A stretch of 63,434 bases of DNA, the filler included, from Folioceros fuciformis (Eukaryota), in NCBI GenBank assembly GCA_049999805.1. It is 22 parts of 22 records of this genome, joined end to end, with 100 filler letters (N's around TTAATTAATTAA, not from the genome) between each part and the next. Parts side by side here need not be neighbours in the genome. Positions count along the whole stretch, not along the records: positions 35,422 to 37,954 come from JBNGIO010000660.1; positions 38,055 to 42,912 come from JBNGIO010000661.1; positions 43,013 to 44,966 come from JBNGIO010000662.1; positions 45,067 to 46,981 come from JBNGIO010000663.1; 18 more parts are not named here. One strand, given 5' to 3'. The notes beneath the pieces were generated by a model. The model had not been told where the DNA came from, ran no database searches, and saw only the letters and a program-made list of their open reading frames with translations. This document shows, piece after piece, positions 36,299 through 47,081 of this stretch; the stretch's first letter is position 1; every line of letters begins with the position of its first letter. Position numbers and translations under genes: made by a program.

Positions 36299-37954
36299 TG
36301 TAAACATAAGAGTATTCTAGGAAGAATATTATGCACAAAAGATGTTTAATTATGATCAACAAAAGTGTTTATATACAGGACTCTCGAAGAGTCATGACCT
36401 TTGGCAATAGCTCAAACCTAAAGTATATATTCATAACCTAGCAGCTGCTATGTTTAAGTAAAGCTAACCCTAACGGGGTTACTTCCAAACACGCCCCCGT
36501 AAACACAGCAGACTATTAGCTGCGAGCGTCGAACCACGAGCAATGGCGGGAGCACTATCACAATGCCTTAGTCTCTGCGCCTTCGTCATAGTTGTGTTCC
36601 TGCTGTACCAGCATCGCTGCGAGGATGCCAGGAAGCAGAGAAAAAGGGCGCAAGGCAGAGCTGAGCTGGCACACCGCCATGCCTGGAAAGAATTCGCGAC
36701 GGATCAGCGTTGGCAGATCGCGAGCTTGGAGTGTCGGCTGCTAGTCTTCTTTGCAGTGAAGAAGCTGGATAGCAGTTGGAAAATCTTGTGTGCTGTAGGA
36801 TGCGACTGAATTTGAAGGAAAAGTTTCATCCACCATGCCTGCAGTTGAGGTAACCAGAAGAACTAGGTTTGAGTACAGGCCTTGATGCCCAAAGCCTCCA
36901 TATGTATCAGGTGCTTGTGACCAGGCACGTACTTGGTGAGCAGATCAGCTTCGTTCAGATCTGTAGTCACATGCTGAATTCGCACTTCTTTCTGCTCCAC
37001 AGAGTGTCTAATAAAATGGTGATGCACCTCAATGTGCTTAGTGCGGGCATGAAATTGCGGATTAATTGTCATGGCAATTGTCGACATATTGTCACAATAA
37101 ATGGGCGCTGGCTGGAACTGCGGAAACCCAAGATCATTCAGAAAGGAACACTCCCAGATAGCTTCCTTGGAGGCTTCCGTCAAGGCCTTATACTCTGCCT
37201 CGATAGAGGAGAGTGCCACGGAAACCTGCTTCTTGGAACTCCAATGAATTGTAGCACCAGAAAGGGTAAAGCAATATGCGGATATGCTTCGTCGTGCATC
37301 CGGATCTATGGCCCAGTCGGCATCAGCCCATCCAGAAACGGTAAGCTTGTCATTTGCTTGCCCCCGAAAGCATAGCCCATGATGCAGAGCACCCTTCAGA
37401 TACCAAAGAATACGTTTAACCGCGCCCCAATGTTCCATGCCGGGGTTATCCAGAAACTGAGAAACAGCACTCACCGAAAATTGAATGTCAAGGCGAGTCT
37501 AGCAACTGATATAGTTGAGGCACCCAACAGCATGACGGTAAGGAATACTGGCCATAGCCTCTTTCTCAGAAACAATTTGTGGGCAATGTGCAGATGACAG
37601 CTTAGCACCAGCCCAACCAGGGGTAGAAACAGGCTTGGCAAACGCAAGATGAAAACCCTGAAGAGTCTCCATAATATACTTAGCCTGGAGTAGAACAATA
37701 GTATGGGAAGAAAGGTCTTGAACCAATTGTACGCCAAGTACAAAGGTCAGAGGCCCTATATCCTTCATGTCAAACTTTTGATGAAGCATCTGTTTAACCT
37801 AGCTCAGTAATGTAGGATCATTGGATGCTAAAATCGCATCGTCAACGTGAAGGGCAAGCACCACTTTACAGCCATCTTTGGAGTAGAGGTAAACATTTGC
37901 ATCACTCGGATTCTGCAAGAAACCAATGGACTTGAGGTAAGCATCTATGGTTTT
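36299..37954 (-). mobile_element. Ty1/copia RT-RNase H, 3' UTR, PPT and 193-bp 3' LTR (36299-36491)
   Basis: FDMKDIG, WADADWA, SSIEAEY, RTKHIEVHHHFIR; on the minus strand GGGGGCG precedes TGTTTGG...TTTACA. Confidence 0.88.
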
Positions 37955-38054
37955 NNNNNNNNNNNNNNNNNNNNNNNNNNNNNNNNNNNNNNNNNNNNTT
38001 AATTAATTAANNNNNNNNNNNNNNNNNNNNNNNNNNNNNNNNNNNNNNNNNNNN

Positions 38055-41000
38055 CCAACTTGCGGTAGTGGAATGGGAATGACCAGTATAAAACCCTGGA
38101 GAAAGTCAGGGGGACTTAGGCAGTACTCGAAACAGGAGTGCCCGCGAGTTGGAGCGAGAGTAGCTGTGGAGCGCGACAACGGCCAAGAGCATAGCGGGCA
38201 CTGAGGCAACGGAGCGGAGCGGGCAGAGGACGCCGGGCGACCACAGGTGCAGGAGGCCAGCGGGGTTCGGAGCACGAGAGGTGATCAGGCAGAATGAGGT
38301 CTCTTCCAGAGCTGCTGCCTGGAGTAATGGCGACCGGGGAGGAGGAAGGACCTCCAGTCCCGAAGATCGATGTGTTCCTGTGGCCCAACATGGAGCACTG
38401 GAGGGTCAGAACCGGAGGGTTGGTCGAAGAACTAGGCCTCGGGTTCATGACCTAAAGGTGGAACCATGTAGCGCCGCTACTGATCAGGGAATGCTCCCTG
38501 AGATTGAGGGAGCCAAGAAGAAGGGATCAGAGGCAGACCCCAGGACTGGAACCTGGAGCTGGTGAGGCGGCTGTATGGCCATGACCAAGGGGAGGAGGGA
38601 GGACTCGTGCTGAAGTCCCTAAAGAAGCGTAGCAGCACAGCGGACGCCGAGGCGCTGTTCAAGCTAGGCACCAAACGGGAAGCCAACGGATGGCTGATCC
38701 ACGACTTAGCCAATCCCCAGCTGATGGGCTTGGCCAGATGGTTCCTTAGCTTCCTGCAGATTCGCAAGCAGGATTAATTGTCGAATCAAATGCTCTTGTT
38801 CGTGCAGGAGGTCGTCAAGGGGAGTAAGGTGGATTGGGGGAAAATCCTGTACGCCAAGATGGACGAGGAGAGGCAGAATTTGACCCTGCCTTCTCCTCGA
38901 CCTTCGATGATCTCCCCCTTCCTGGTACATATTTATTGCTATGCTAACCTTGTGTCTGAACTGGAGGTGCTTGCCTCGCTACACATGTGGAGGCCAATAA
39001 GGGACGTGAAGTGGAAGCCCGCCGAGCCAGAGGGAGCGACTCTAGCAGCTGGGAGTCAGCAGGCGCGAACAGCTCAGAAGAGGAGATGGCCACTAGGCAG
39101 AAGAGGAAGGCGAGGCTGGGGAAGAAGACTCCTGCCAAAAGGAGAAGAGGTAGTGGGCAGATCACCATGAGAGGAAGCGGGTCAGCGCCACAGGAGGCAG
39201 CCCCAGAGCGGAGCCCACAGGAGACAGGGACCAGCGGCTGGCTAGGAGCTAGCAGAGCAGGAACATAACGAGGAAGAGCCAGAGGCACCCCAGGAACAGG
39301 TGCCAAAAATGGAGGTGGCCCCTTCTGAGGTGATGAGCGAATTAGGGCACGTTCCGGATCAGGAAGCCTTCTCAGGATGGGAAGAGGTTTTTAGGAGAAT
39401 TCCTCAGGTGGATAGGCTACAGGTAGGGGAGCTGGAAAGGCTGCGGGCGCTGCTAGGGAGGCAGATAACTAAGAGGGGAATGGCCCCTGTGGAGTCATAG
39501 GAGGTGGATCTGCCGGGACTAACCTCAGCAATGGTGTAGGCACAAGCGGACCTACTAGACCAGGCGGCCAAGGCGCTGACCTGGCTGAGCATGCAAGCAG
39601 AGAGGGAGGCTGAGGCCCGGAGCAAGGAGGCAGAGGCGAAAGGGAAGGAGGCCAAAGCTTGGAGGCAGTTGGCGGAGTCCGAGACGGCACGGCGGCTCCT
39701 GGAAGAGAAGCAACGGGTCTTGAGTGAGGACAAGGCACAGGTGGAGGAAGAGGCGCGCTAGGCGAAGGCAGAGATACAAGTGTTGAAAGAGCAGCAGGGG
39801 ACACTCCTAGCTTAGGTGAGGGAAGCCCATGAGACTAATTTGGAAATGCAGCGGGAGATGGCTCGGGCTCAGGAGCAGGAGATGGCTGCGGTGGGACAAG
39901 TCTAGAAGCTGGCCGACAGGTACAAGCGGGAGCAGGATGAGGCCAGGGAGCAAGTGAAGGGGAAGGGCAAGGCTGGGTGAAGTAGTCGAACGGCAATGCC
40001 GGTAGCCCCTTCGCCGAGCAATAGTGCCGGTAGCCAACGGGGCTACCGGTAGTCGAGTGGTCACGTTGGTAGCTGAAGGGGCTACCGATAGTCATGCGAC
40101 GCCAGAGGTAGCCGAAGGGGCTACCGGTAGAGGAAGGACAACGTCGGTAGCCGAAGCCCCGACCCCGGTAGCCGAAGAGGTGCTGGTGGAGGCGCTTGTG
40201 CCCAAGCGCTCCAGAAGAGCGACTCGTGCCAGGAGGACTGAGCAAGGGGAAGCAGCAGCTGGAGGGATGGAGGACCCTCCGGCACCCTAGGAGAGCAGGG
40301 GGAAGTAGCAGCTAGAGGGATGGAGGACCCTCCGGCACCCCAGGAGAGCAGGAGGCAGGCAGGCCGACGTAGCCCAAGGGAGGAAGGGGTAAGCACCTCC
40401 TTTATGAAAGAGGGTCGGGTTGTGCTGCAGTATGAGGAGGAAGCCACGTATGTGCCGGGCCTCTATGTGGAAGGAGCCCAAGTTCTGAAGTTGTTTTTGT
40501 ATGTATGCATGGGCACAGGAGGGACGCGGGGCTACAGCTTGCAACTGAGGACCCGGAGGGGCCTCTACTACTACCGCTGGCGGGTATGGGGACTGCCCCA
40601 CTGCTATTCTGAGGTAGTCCTGGAGGAATTGACGGAGGAGGAGGCACAGCAGTGGGTTGATCGGGAACCCGTCCTCGTCCTCAGTAATCGGCGAAGGAGG
40701 GAGGAGAGGGATTCCCTGCGACGAGACCCACTTGCGCCGCCGGCGGGCCAGCGAGGTCTAGCAATGGCAGCAGCGAGGTGGAGGTCCTTTGGGAGGACCT
40801 GCCCGACCAACGACGGGGTAGGAGGGCCAGAGGTGGGCGAGTGAGGGGAGGAGTGCGACGGCCGGGAGGAAGGCGCCAGCGGCAAGGAGAGAGGCAATAG
40901 TAATTGCAGTTTAGGCTAGTTTTTTTTAGATTGCTTTTGCTTGGACCTAAGCCGCTCAGAAATTAAGAGCGCTGACTGACCCTTGGCAGACTTTATGGCG

Positions 41001-42796
41001 AAAGGGACCACCACTAGCATGTACAAGAGGCCGATTTGCGGCCTCGGAAAAAGCAGCAAAAAACCAGCCCAACATTCCAACCTTGCGGAAGCCTAGCGAT
41101 GGCCGTTGCTAGACAGGGAGGTCTAGGCAAGCGAGCGCACGTAGTGTTCTGAGGGTGTGGGTGTAGGTGGTGGTTGCTCCTTAACTAGAGTTTCGGGGAC
41201 GAATTAGGAGGAGGAGCCTCGCTGAGTGGGAGATACGATCCCTAGCTATCCCCGTGACCGTCGTGTGGAGTAGTGAAAGCGAAAGGGGCCAAATCCGCCA
41301 GTTCAGAGTGGAAGTGAAAAACCTTCCCTTAGCCTCTGGAGTTTTTGCCATTTCTTCAATTTCTGAGAGAAGGAGAAGGACCGAGGTGGTTGTGTTAGAG
41401 AAAGAAAGCCGGGGGACGATAGAAGAGAGTGTCGATTGAGAAAAGGAGGCCGGGGTGGCCAATACTGAGAGTGAGAAAAGTTGAGATGTGTTGAGCCGTG
41501 AATGCGATAGTGAGAAGGAACTAAGGCGAGTCGAGTGCGAGTGGAGGGGGATGAAGAGCCGGTGTAGTCGGGCTCTGGGGTTGCAGCCTGGAAGTAAAAG
41601 GTGTGTCTGGACGCGTGAGGGAGCTGTGAACGTGTGACCAAGTAGCGAAGGTTTTGGAAAGTGAATGTGAGAAAGAGAAGTCGGCGTGACTAAGGGTGTG
41701 GAAATGAGTTCGAGAATCGGTGGAAGGATTGACTGTATGAGTGTCTGATGCGTGTCAGGGCGAGTTGCGGGTGTTCTATGGTGACGTGTGGCGTAAGGGA
41801 GTCCCTGGGTAAGGTGTGTGAGTGAGAGCAGATCTGGGGACCTGGGCCAAGTGGCTGGGTGCCGTTGGTGCGATTCAGGCGAGAATGGGTACCGAGCGGA
41901 GTGTTGTGTGAGGATGTCGTGACATTGGTAGAACGGAGGTCGCTGAAGTGAATGAAGGGAGCAAGTGTGATGGATGAGTGACCCAAGTGCGGCGGAGTAG
42001 TGGGTCAGATCCTGGTAAGTGTTTGGCCAGGACGTCGCTGCACAGATGAGTGCGGGTTCTTTGTGGTTGAGAAATGTGGTGTTGGTTGTGTGTGCGCGGC
42101 TGATGAGAGGGTGTCCGGAGCGCGGAGGGTGGTGAGAAATGGAGGTGGCTATGTGCTCTGGAGAAATGCCTAAGGACCGACGGCAGAACTGCGTATATGT
42201 GTGACTGAAGTGTGCGAAGAGGTGTGAGCCTGTGAAAGAGGGAGGAAACCTATGTGTAGGGGTGTGTATGCCTGAGGAGCCGTAATAAAGGTGAAAGACC
42301 CCGATACGACGGTTAAGAGTGGGGAAAAATTGGAAGGGAGGTAAGTTCCTAGGGTTAGAGAGAGAATAGAAGAGGGGAGAGCGAGAGAGGAGAGAGAAAG
42401 AGTGGACCCCATTGAGGTAGCCGAGGCCGCGACCGTCGTAGGGAGACAACGGGGGGTAGCCAAGTGTGGAGGTAATCGTAGGGGCGACGAGGTAGTTGAG
42501 AGACGGTAGTTGAAGTGAGTCCACCCTGGTAGCCGAATAGTTATGTCAGGTAGTCCAGGGTCAAGGTAGTTGAGGGGTGACAACGGTAGCCGAGTCGCAA
42601 CGTGGTAGAGGTAGTTGAATAGTAGGTAGACGAGTAGTAGGCGAGTAAGACCGACCTTGGGTAGTAACTGACTTTGTGAGAAAACCTGTGTTATTTAACA
42701 CAACTCATTCCCTTGGGATTGAATCCCTGTGCTATAACGACAAAGAGGGTTTGTGTAGACCTCGCAGCACCCCCGGGTGTAATATTTTCCCCCATA
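38055..42796 (+). mobile_element. Athila-like element 3' half: ORF-X (about 38281-40844), long GT/GA-rich 3' UTR and LTR-D end
   Basis: Most complete copy; ORF broken by frameshifts and TAG stops. Ends ...TATTTTCCCCCATA (CA>TA) with no PBS after it, so this is a 3' LTR. Confidence 0.8.
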
Positions 42797-43112
42797 GGTT
42801 TTGTAGAGGAAAAAATGTTTGAGCCCCCCCCTTTCCAAGTGTCAGACTTGGTGGTTTTTGATTTTTTTTGTGAAGTAAAGGAGAAAGCGGCTTAAGTTGA
42901 GAATAAGCAGGGNNNNNNNNNNNNNNNNNNNNNNNNNNNNNNNNNNNNNNNNNNNNTTAATTAATTAANNNNNNNNNNNNNNNNNNNNNNNNNNNNNNNN
43001 NNNNNNNNNNNNCACTACGGGGGCTGACAATGGAACAATGGCCGGGGAGGGGACTGGCTGACCACCAACAAGTGACTGCAAGCTGTCCAGCAATGATACC
43101 ATGACTGAAGTA

Positions 43113-43200
43113 TGTCAATAGGATCGACTCCAATCTACGTGCAAGTGTAGGAGAGGAGAGGAGAGAAGAGAGGGTGGTATTGGTGATCACAACCATGAAA
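43113..43200. mobile_element. LTR family C terminus
   Basis: Matches 34475-34555; full extent uncertain. Confidence 0.65.
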
Positions 43201-43781
43201 ACAATACACATCACCACTGTCTTACTATGGAGGTCCGAGGTCTCCATTTAAGTAGTACATTTAGGGCTACACAACTTCCAGGTTCAATATGGGATAATCT
43301 ACACTATCCTAAGTTCACTAATAACTAGAACTAGTCTACTATGAACCCAACTGGGATAACTAACACCACATGAGTTTAGCTCATATAGAGCTCGATAACT
43401 CAACAAAGTATCACTTGGAGTTGACTGCAAAACACTTGGCTATAAAACAGACTCCCTCTCAACACGACCCACTGGCTGTAAGACTCCTTCCTACAAACAG
43501 ATGTAATACCAACCTCCTGGATGTCACGCTCTCCAGCAATCAACTCTTCAGACTCAGACTCTCCACTTGACCAAGGCAGCTCCTCCTCCACAAGGGTGCT
43601 AGCCTTAGGGGTCAAGCTACTCTCACCTCTCAACAAATTCCTCCTTGTTGCACGCAGATCCCTTGGTGAAGGGGTTATAGCTGCTCTCCCTCTACCAGTT
43701 CTGCAATCGCCTCTTCCATCAGACATCTACTGGACCACTTAGACTCTCCATCCAAACAGCAAAAGAAACTCCCAATTTGGC

Positions 43782-44700
43782 TCCCCGGCAACGACGCCAA
43801 AAATGTGGTGGCAAAACCCGGGCAATGTTTGCCAACGAGTTCAACCTTTAGCGGCCACACTTATCCTACTATCGTTGAGACGTTGGGTTTCATTCCCACG
43901 AAGGAGCAATGGGGTTCCTAGCTGCTTTGGATGGAGGGTCGGACTCAATCGTTGCGATGACGGATTCGAGGGCTCCCCTCCAGCTCCGATCAAGCGCGGG
44001 ACAGTCCTCGCTGTCCAGCGGTCAACTGCACCCCTCTCAGTGCCCACAAACTCACTCCAGTCACTACAACGACCCTAACCTCTCAAATCTGCGACTTCTC
44101 TCACTCACTCACTCACTCCAACACCAGCATCCAGTAACCAGCAACGACACCACTACCTTCTACACTTCCCTATGGACTCTTCCTACCCGGCAAGAGTCAC
44201 TAGACTAACCCCAAAGAAGAACATGCCACCACCCACGATCCTACCAGACACCATGCAAGCATGGTCGGCAGTCACTCCTGCCCTGCGAGGAAATGAAAAT
44301 GATAGATCATGGGGACACGACACAGAGAGCACAATCAAAACTAAAAGGAACCTCGCCCTTAACCCTGGCCACCACTTCTCAAAGCTTTACCAGACACTAC
44401 ACACATGCACAGCCAGCATACACACTGCTGTACCCAAGCAGGGACAGCCTGAGAGAGCTCGCAAAGTGATAACCTGCCTCCTACAGCCTCACCTGATCTT
44501 TATACGAGCCTCTCTCTCTATGACTTCACCTCTCTCTATCTTGACAAATATTATTTTAATAGGACCACTAGCCTAGCCGGCTGTCTCCAGCCACTTATGT
44601 AGACTTTCCTAGCACATCCTGCCACCAATGAGCTGGCCCTATGACTTGCTGACCCTACCACCACAAGTATCTACCACCTCTTAAACTACCTTGAGACTTT
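43782..44700 (-). mobile_element. Diverged family A 5' LTR (from 43804) with tRNA-Asp PBS (43782-43799)
   Basis: ...GCCACCACA TTTT TGGCGTCGTTGCCGGGGA on the minus strand; followed by a possible gag start (ORF 43400..43726). Confidence 0.85.
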
Positions 44701-45769
44701 GAAGGATGCCTAATCTTCAAGTTCTTGCAGACGCCGCCTCTTCTTTGCTGGATGGCCGCCCGCAAAGCCTTCCCATGCAACTATTCCCCCTTGGCAGCGA
44801 TCAGGCAGCACGGGCAGAGCGGGCAAACGCGGGGCAGCACAGAGCAGGACAAGGTAGCGCGGGCAGGCGGGCAGATTGGGCAGCGCGGGGTAGCGCCGCG
44901 GGCATGCGGTCAGACTCGAGCCAGTGCGGGCAGCTGCGCCGGGCAGCGCCGCGGGCAAGCAGGCAGNNNNNNNNNNNNNNNNNNNNNNNNNNNNNNNNNN
45001 NNNNNNNNNNTTAATTAATTAANNNNNNNNNNNNNNNNNNNNNNNNNNNNNNNNNNNNNNNNNNNNCAAAGAAAAATAGGAAAAATGACCAAAAAATCAA
45101 GGAAAATTAGGGAAAATAAGTTGAAAAAGAAAACCAAACCATACCACTATTAACCCTTTTTCAACCAAAACAAACTACTACCCCAAACTTTGGAGGTTCA
45201 CACTCGTAAATCAGGCTTCAGGGATGCATGGTTTGACTGTGCCAAATTTGGCAAGTCAAGGGTGTGGGATCCTCGTGATCTGTTGAATTTGCAAGAGGAA
45301 TTCGAGCATTTGTATTTCAAGGAAATAGTTACTCCAATCGAACAGCGAGAGCGCATTCGGTTCTTGAAATCTTTTATTGACTCCTACAATCCAGATCCTC
45401 CTGGCCTTGATTCTTCCACGTCTGTCAACAGATCAGATAGAATAGATAGAGTCAGTTGTTCAGCAGGCTGTATCCCTGAATCTATAAATTGTACTCTTCA
45501 ACACTTACCTCAAGATTTCAAAAATCTGGTGCAATCCTCCTCAATTCCCTCTTTATTATCAAATCTTCTATTCTCGAGTCTTCTAGAAGATTAGACAGTC
45601 TCTCATCCTGTATGGATGGTTTAGAGAATCAAAAGGGGTCAGATTCTTCGTCATTGATAAGAATAGAATTAGAGGTAAAGAAACACTTCAAAGAGATCAC
45701 ACGCATCAAGGAGTAGATTGCTACCTTAAGTGTACAATCCTCCTAGTTTCCTAACACATTGCAGGCACC

Positions 45770-46159
45770 ATGGCAAAAGGAGCGGTTGATTCATCTATGG
45801 ATCGGCTACAAGAGAAAGGCTGACTTACCTCTACGAATTTTGATGCTTGAAGTGTTAGGGTTAGGACAATTCTGGAGGAGAAGCTCTTGATGGATGTGAC
45901 GGATGGAAGTGTTCCCCAACAAGTTGCTGGACAGCCCTCAGGCAGGGTGTCCCCTGGTGGCAGCTCTATACCTTGGACAATTAAAGAAGAATCAGATTGG
46001 AATCATAAAGACAGAACAGCGAAGACAATTTTAGTCTCTTCTATGTCACATGAAATGATCCCACACATCAAGCTAACAAAACATGCACATGAAGTGTGGT
46101 CATTATTTTCAGACACCTACGAAGCTAAGCACGTGATGACAGAGGTTGCAGCAACACTT
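45770..46159 (+). mobile_element. Ty1/copia gag N-terminus (UBN2-like), decayed
   Basis: LTSTNFDA*SVRVRTILEEKLL.DVTDG..WNHKDRTAKTILVSSM..AHEVWSLFSDTYE. Confidence 0.75.
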
Positions 46160-46981
46160 TGTAGGGTTATTAAAGCCCAATGTTCTTAGACTAATGTGTT
46201 TAGTCTAAGATTAGTATCTAGTTAAGTACTATTAGTTTATATTAGCTTAAGCTAATGTAAACTAAGAGGAGAAAAAGAGGTCACACTCTCACATAGAGTC
46301 TCATTGCAAGGGAGCTCAAAGGGGTTTATATACCCTCTAGAAGAGCTCCCTAGGAAGCTTCGCAAGAAGCGCACACGAAGTTGTGCAAGAAGCTTCCTAT
46401 AGATTAGCTTAAGCTAATCTAAACTAACGATACTTAACTAGATACTAATCTTAGACTAAACACATTAGTCTAAGCACATTGGGCTTTAATAACCCTACAA
46501 CCTCCCACTTAAAGGCCAATTTACCTTCATATGAGAGTGGTCTACCTCATGCCCATGAGTGTCCGAGCCTGTGCGAATTGCTCTGTAGAGAGCCCCTTGG
46601 TGAAAACATCTGCAGGGTTCTAACTAGTGTGAACTTTGACAAGCTGTACCCTCTTGTCTTCCAAACACCTCTCGAATGAAGTGATACTTCACTTCCACAT
46701 GTTTGGTCTTCGTATGAAACACTGGATTCTTCGTAAAATGGATAGCACTTTAACTATCAGAATGCAACACTGGCAACTCAACCTTGATCCCCAAATCTCC
46801 CACTAAACGAGCAAGCCACATGGCTTCCTGGCAAGTCTCAGTCGCTGCAACATACTCGGCCTTTGTGGTAGATGGCATTATGCAAGATTGCAAATGAGAC
46901 AACCATGAGAGTGCCCCTCCAATGCACATGAAGACATAACCTGATATGGACCTCCTTTTGTCCATATCCCCTGCATAATCA
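46160..46981 (-). mobile_element. Copia RNase H, PPT and rearranged family E 3' LTR (46160-46499)
   Basis: KRRSISGYVF, STTKAEYVA, TKHVEVKYHFIRE; PPT AAGTGGGAGGT precedes TGTAGGG. Confidence 0.88.
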
Positions 46982-47081
46982 NNNNNNNNNNNNNNNNNNN
47001 NNNNNNNNNNNNNNNNNNNNNNNNNTTAATTAATTAANNNNNNNNNNNNNNNNNNNNNNNNNNNNNNNNNNNNNNNNNNNN

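Noticed and set aside
41181-42524. 447-aa minus-strand ORF
   Set aside because: Low-complexity H/S/T/P/L composition explained by strand skew. There is no matching long ORF in the homologous region at 24315-24860 and no recognisable motif.
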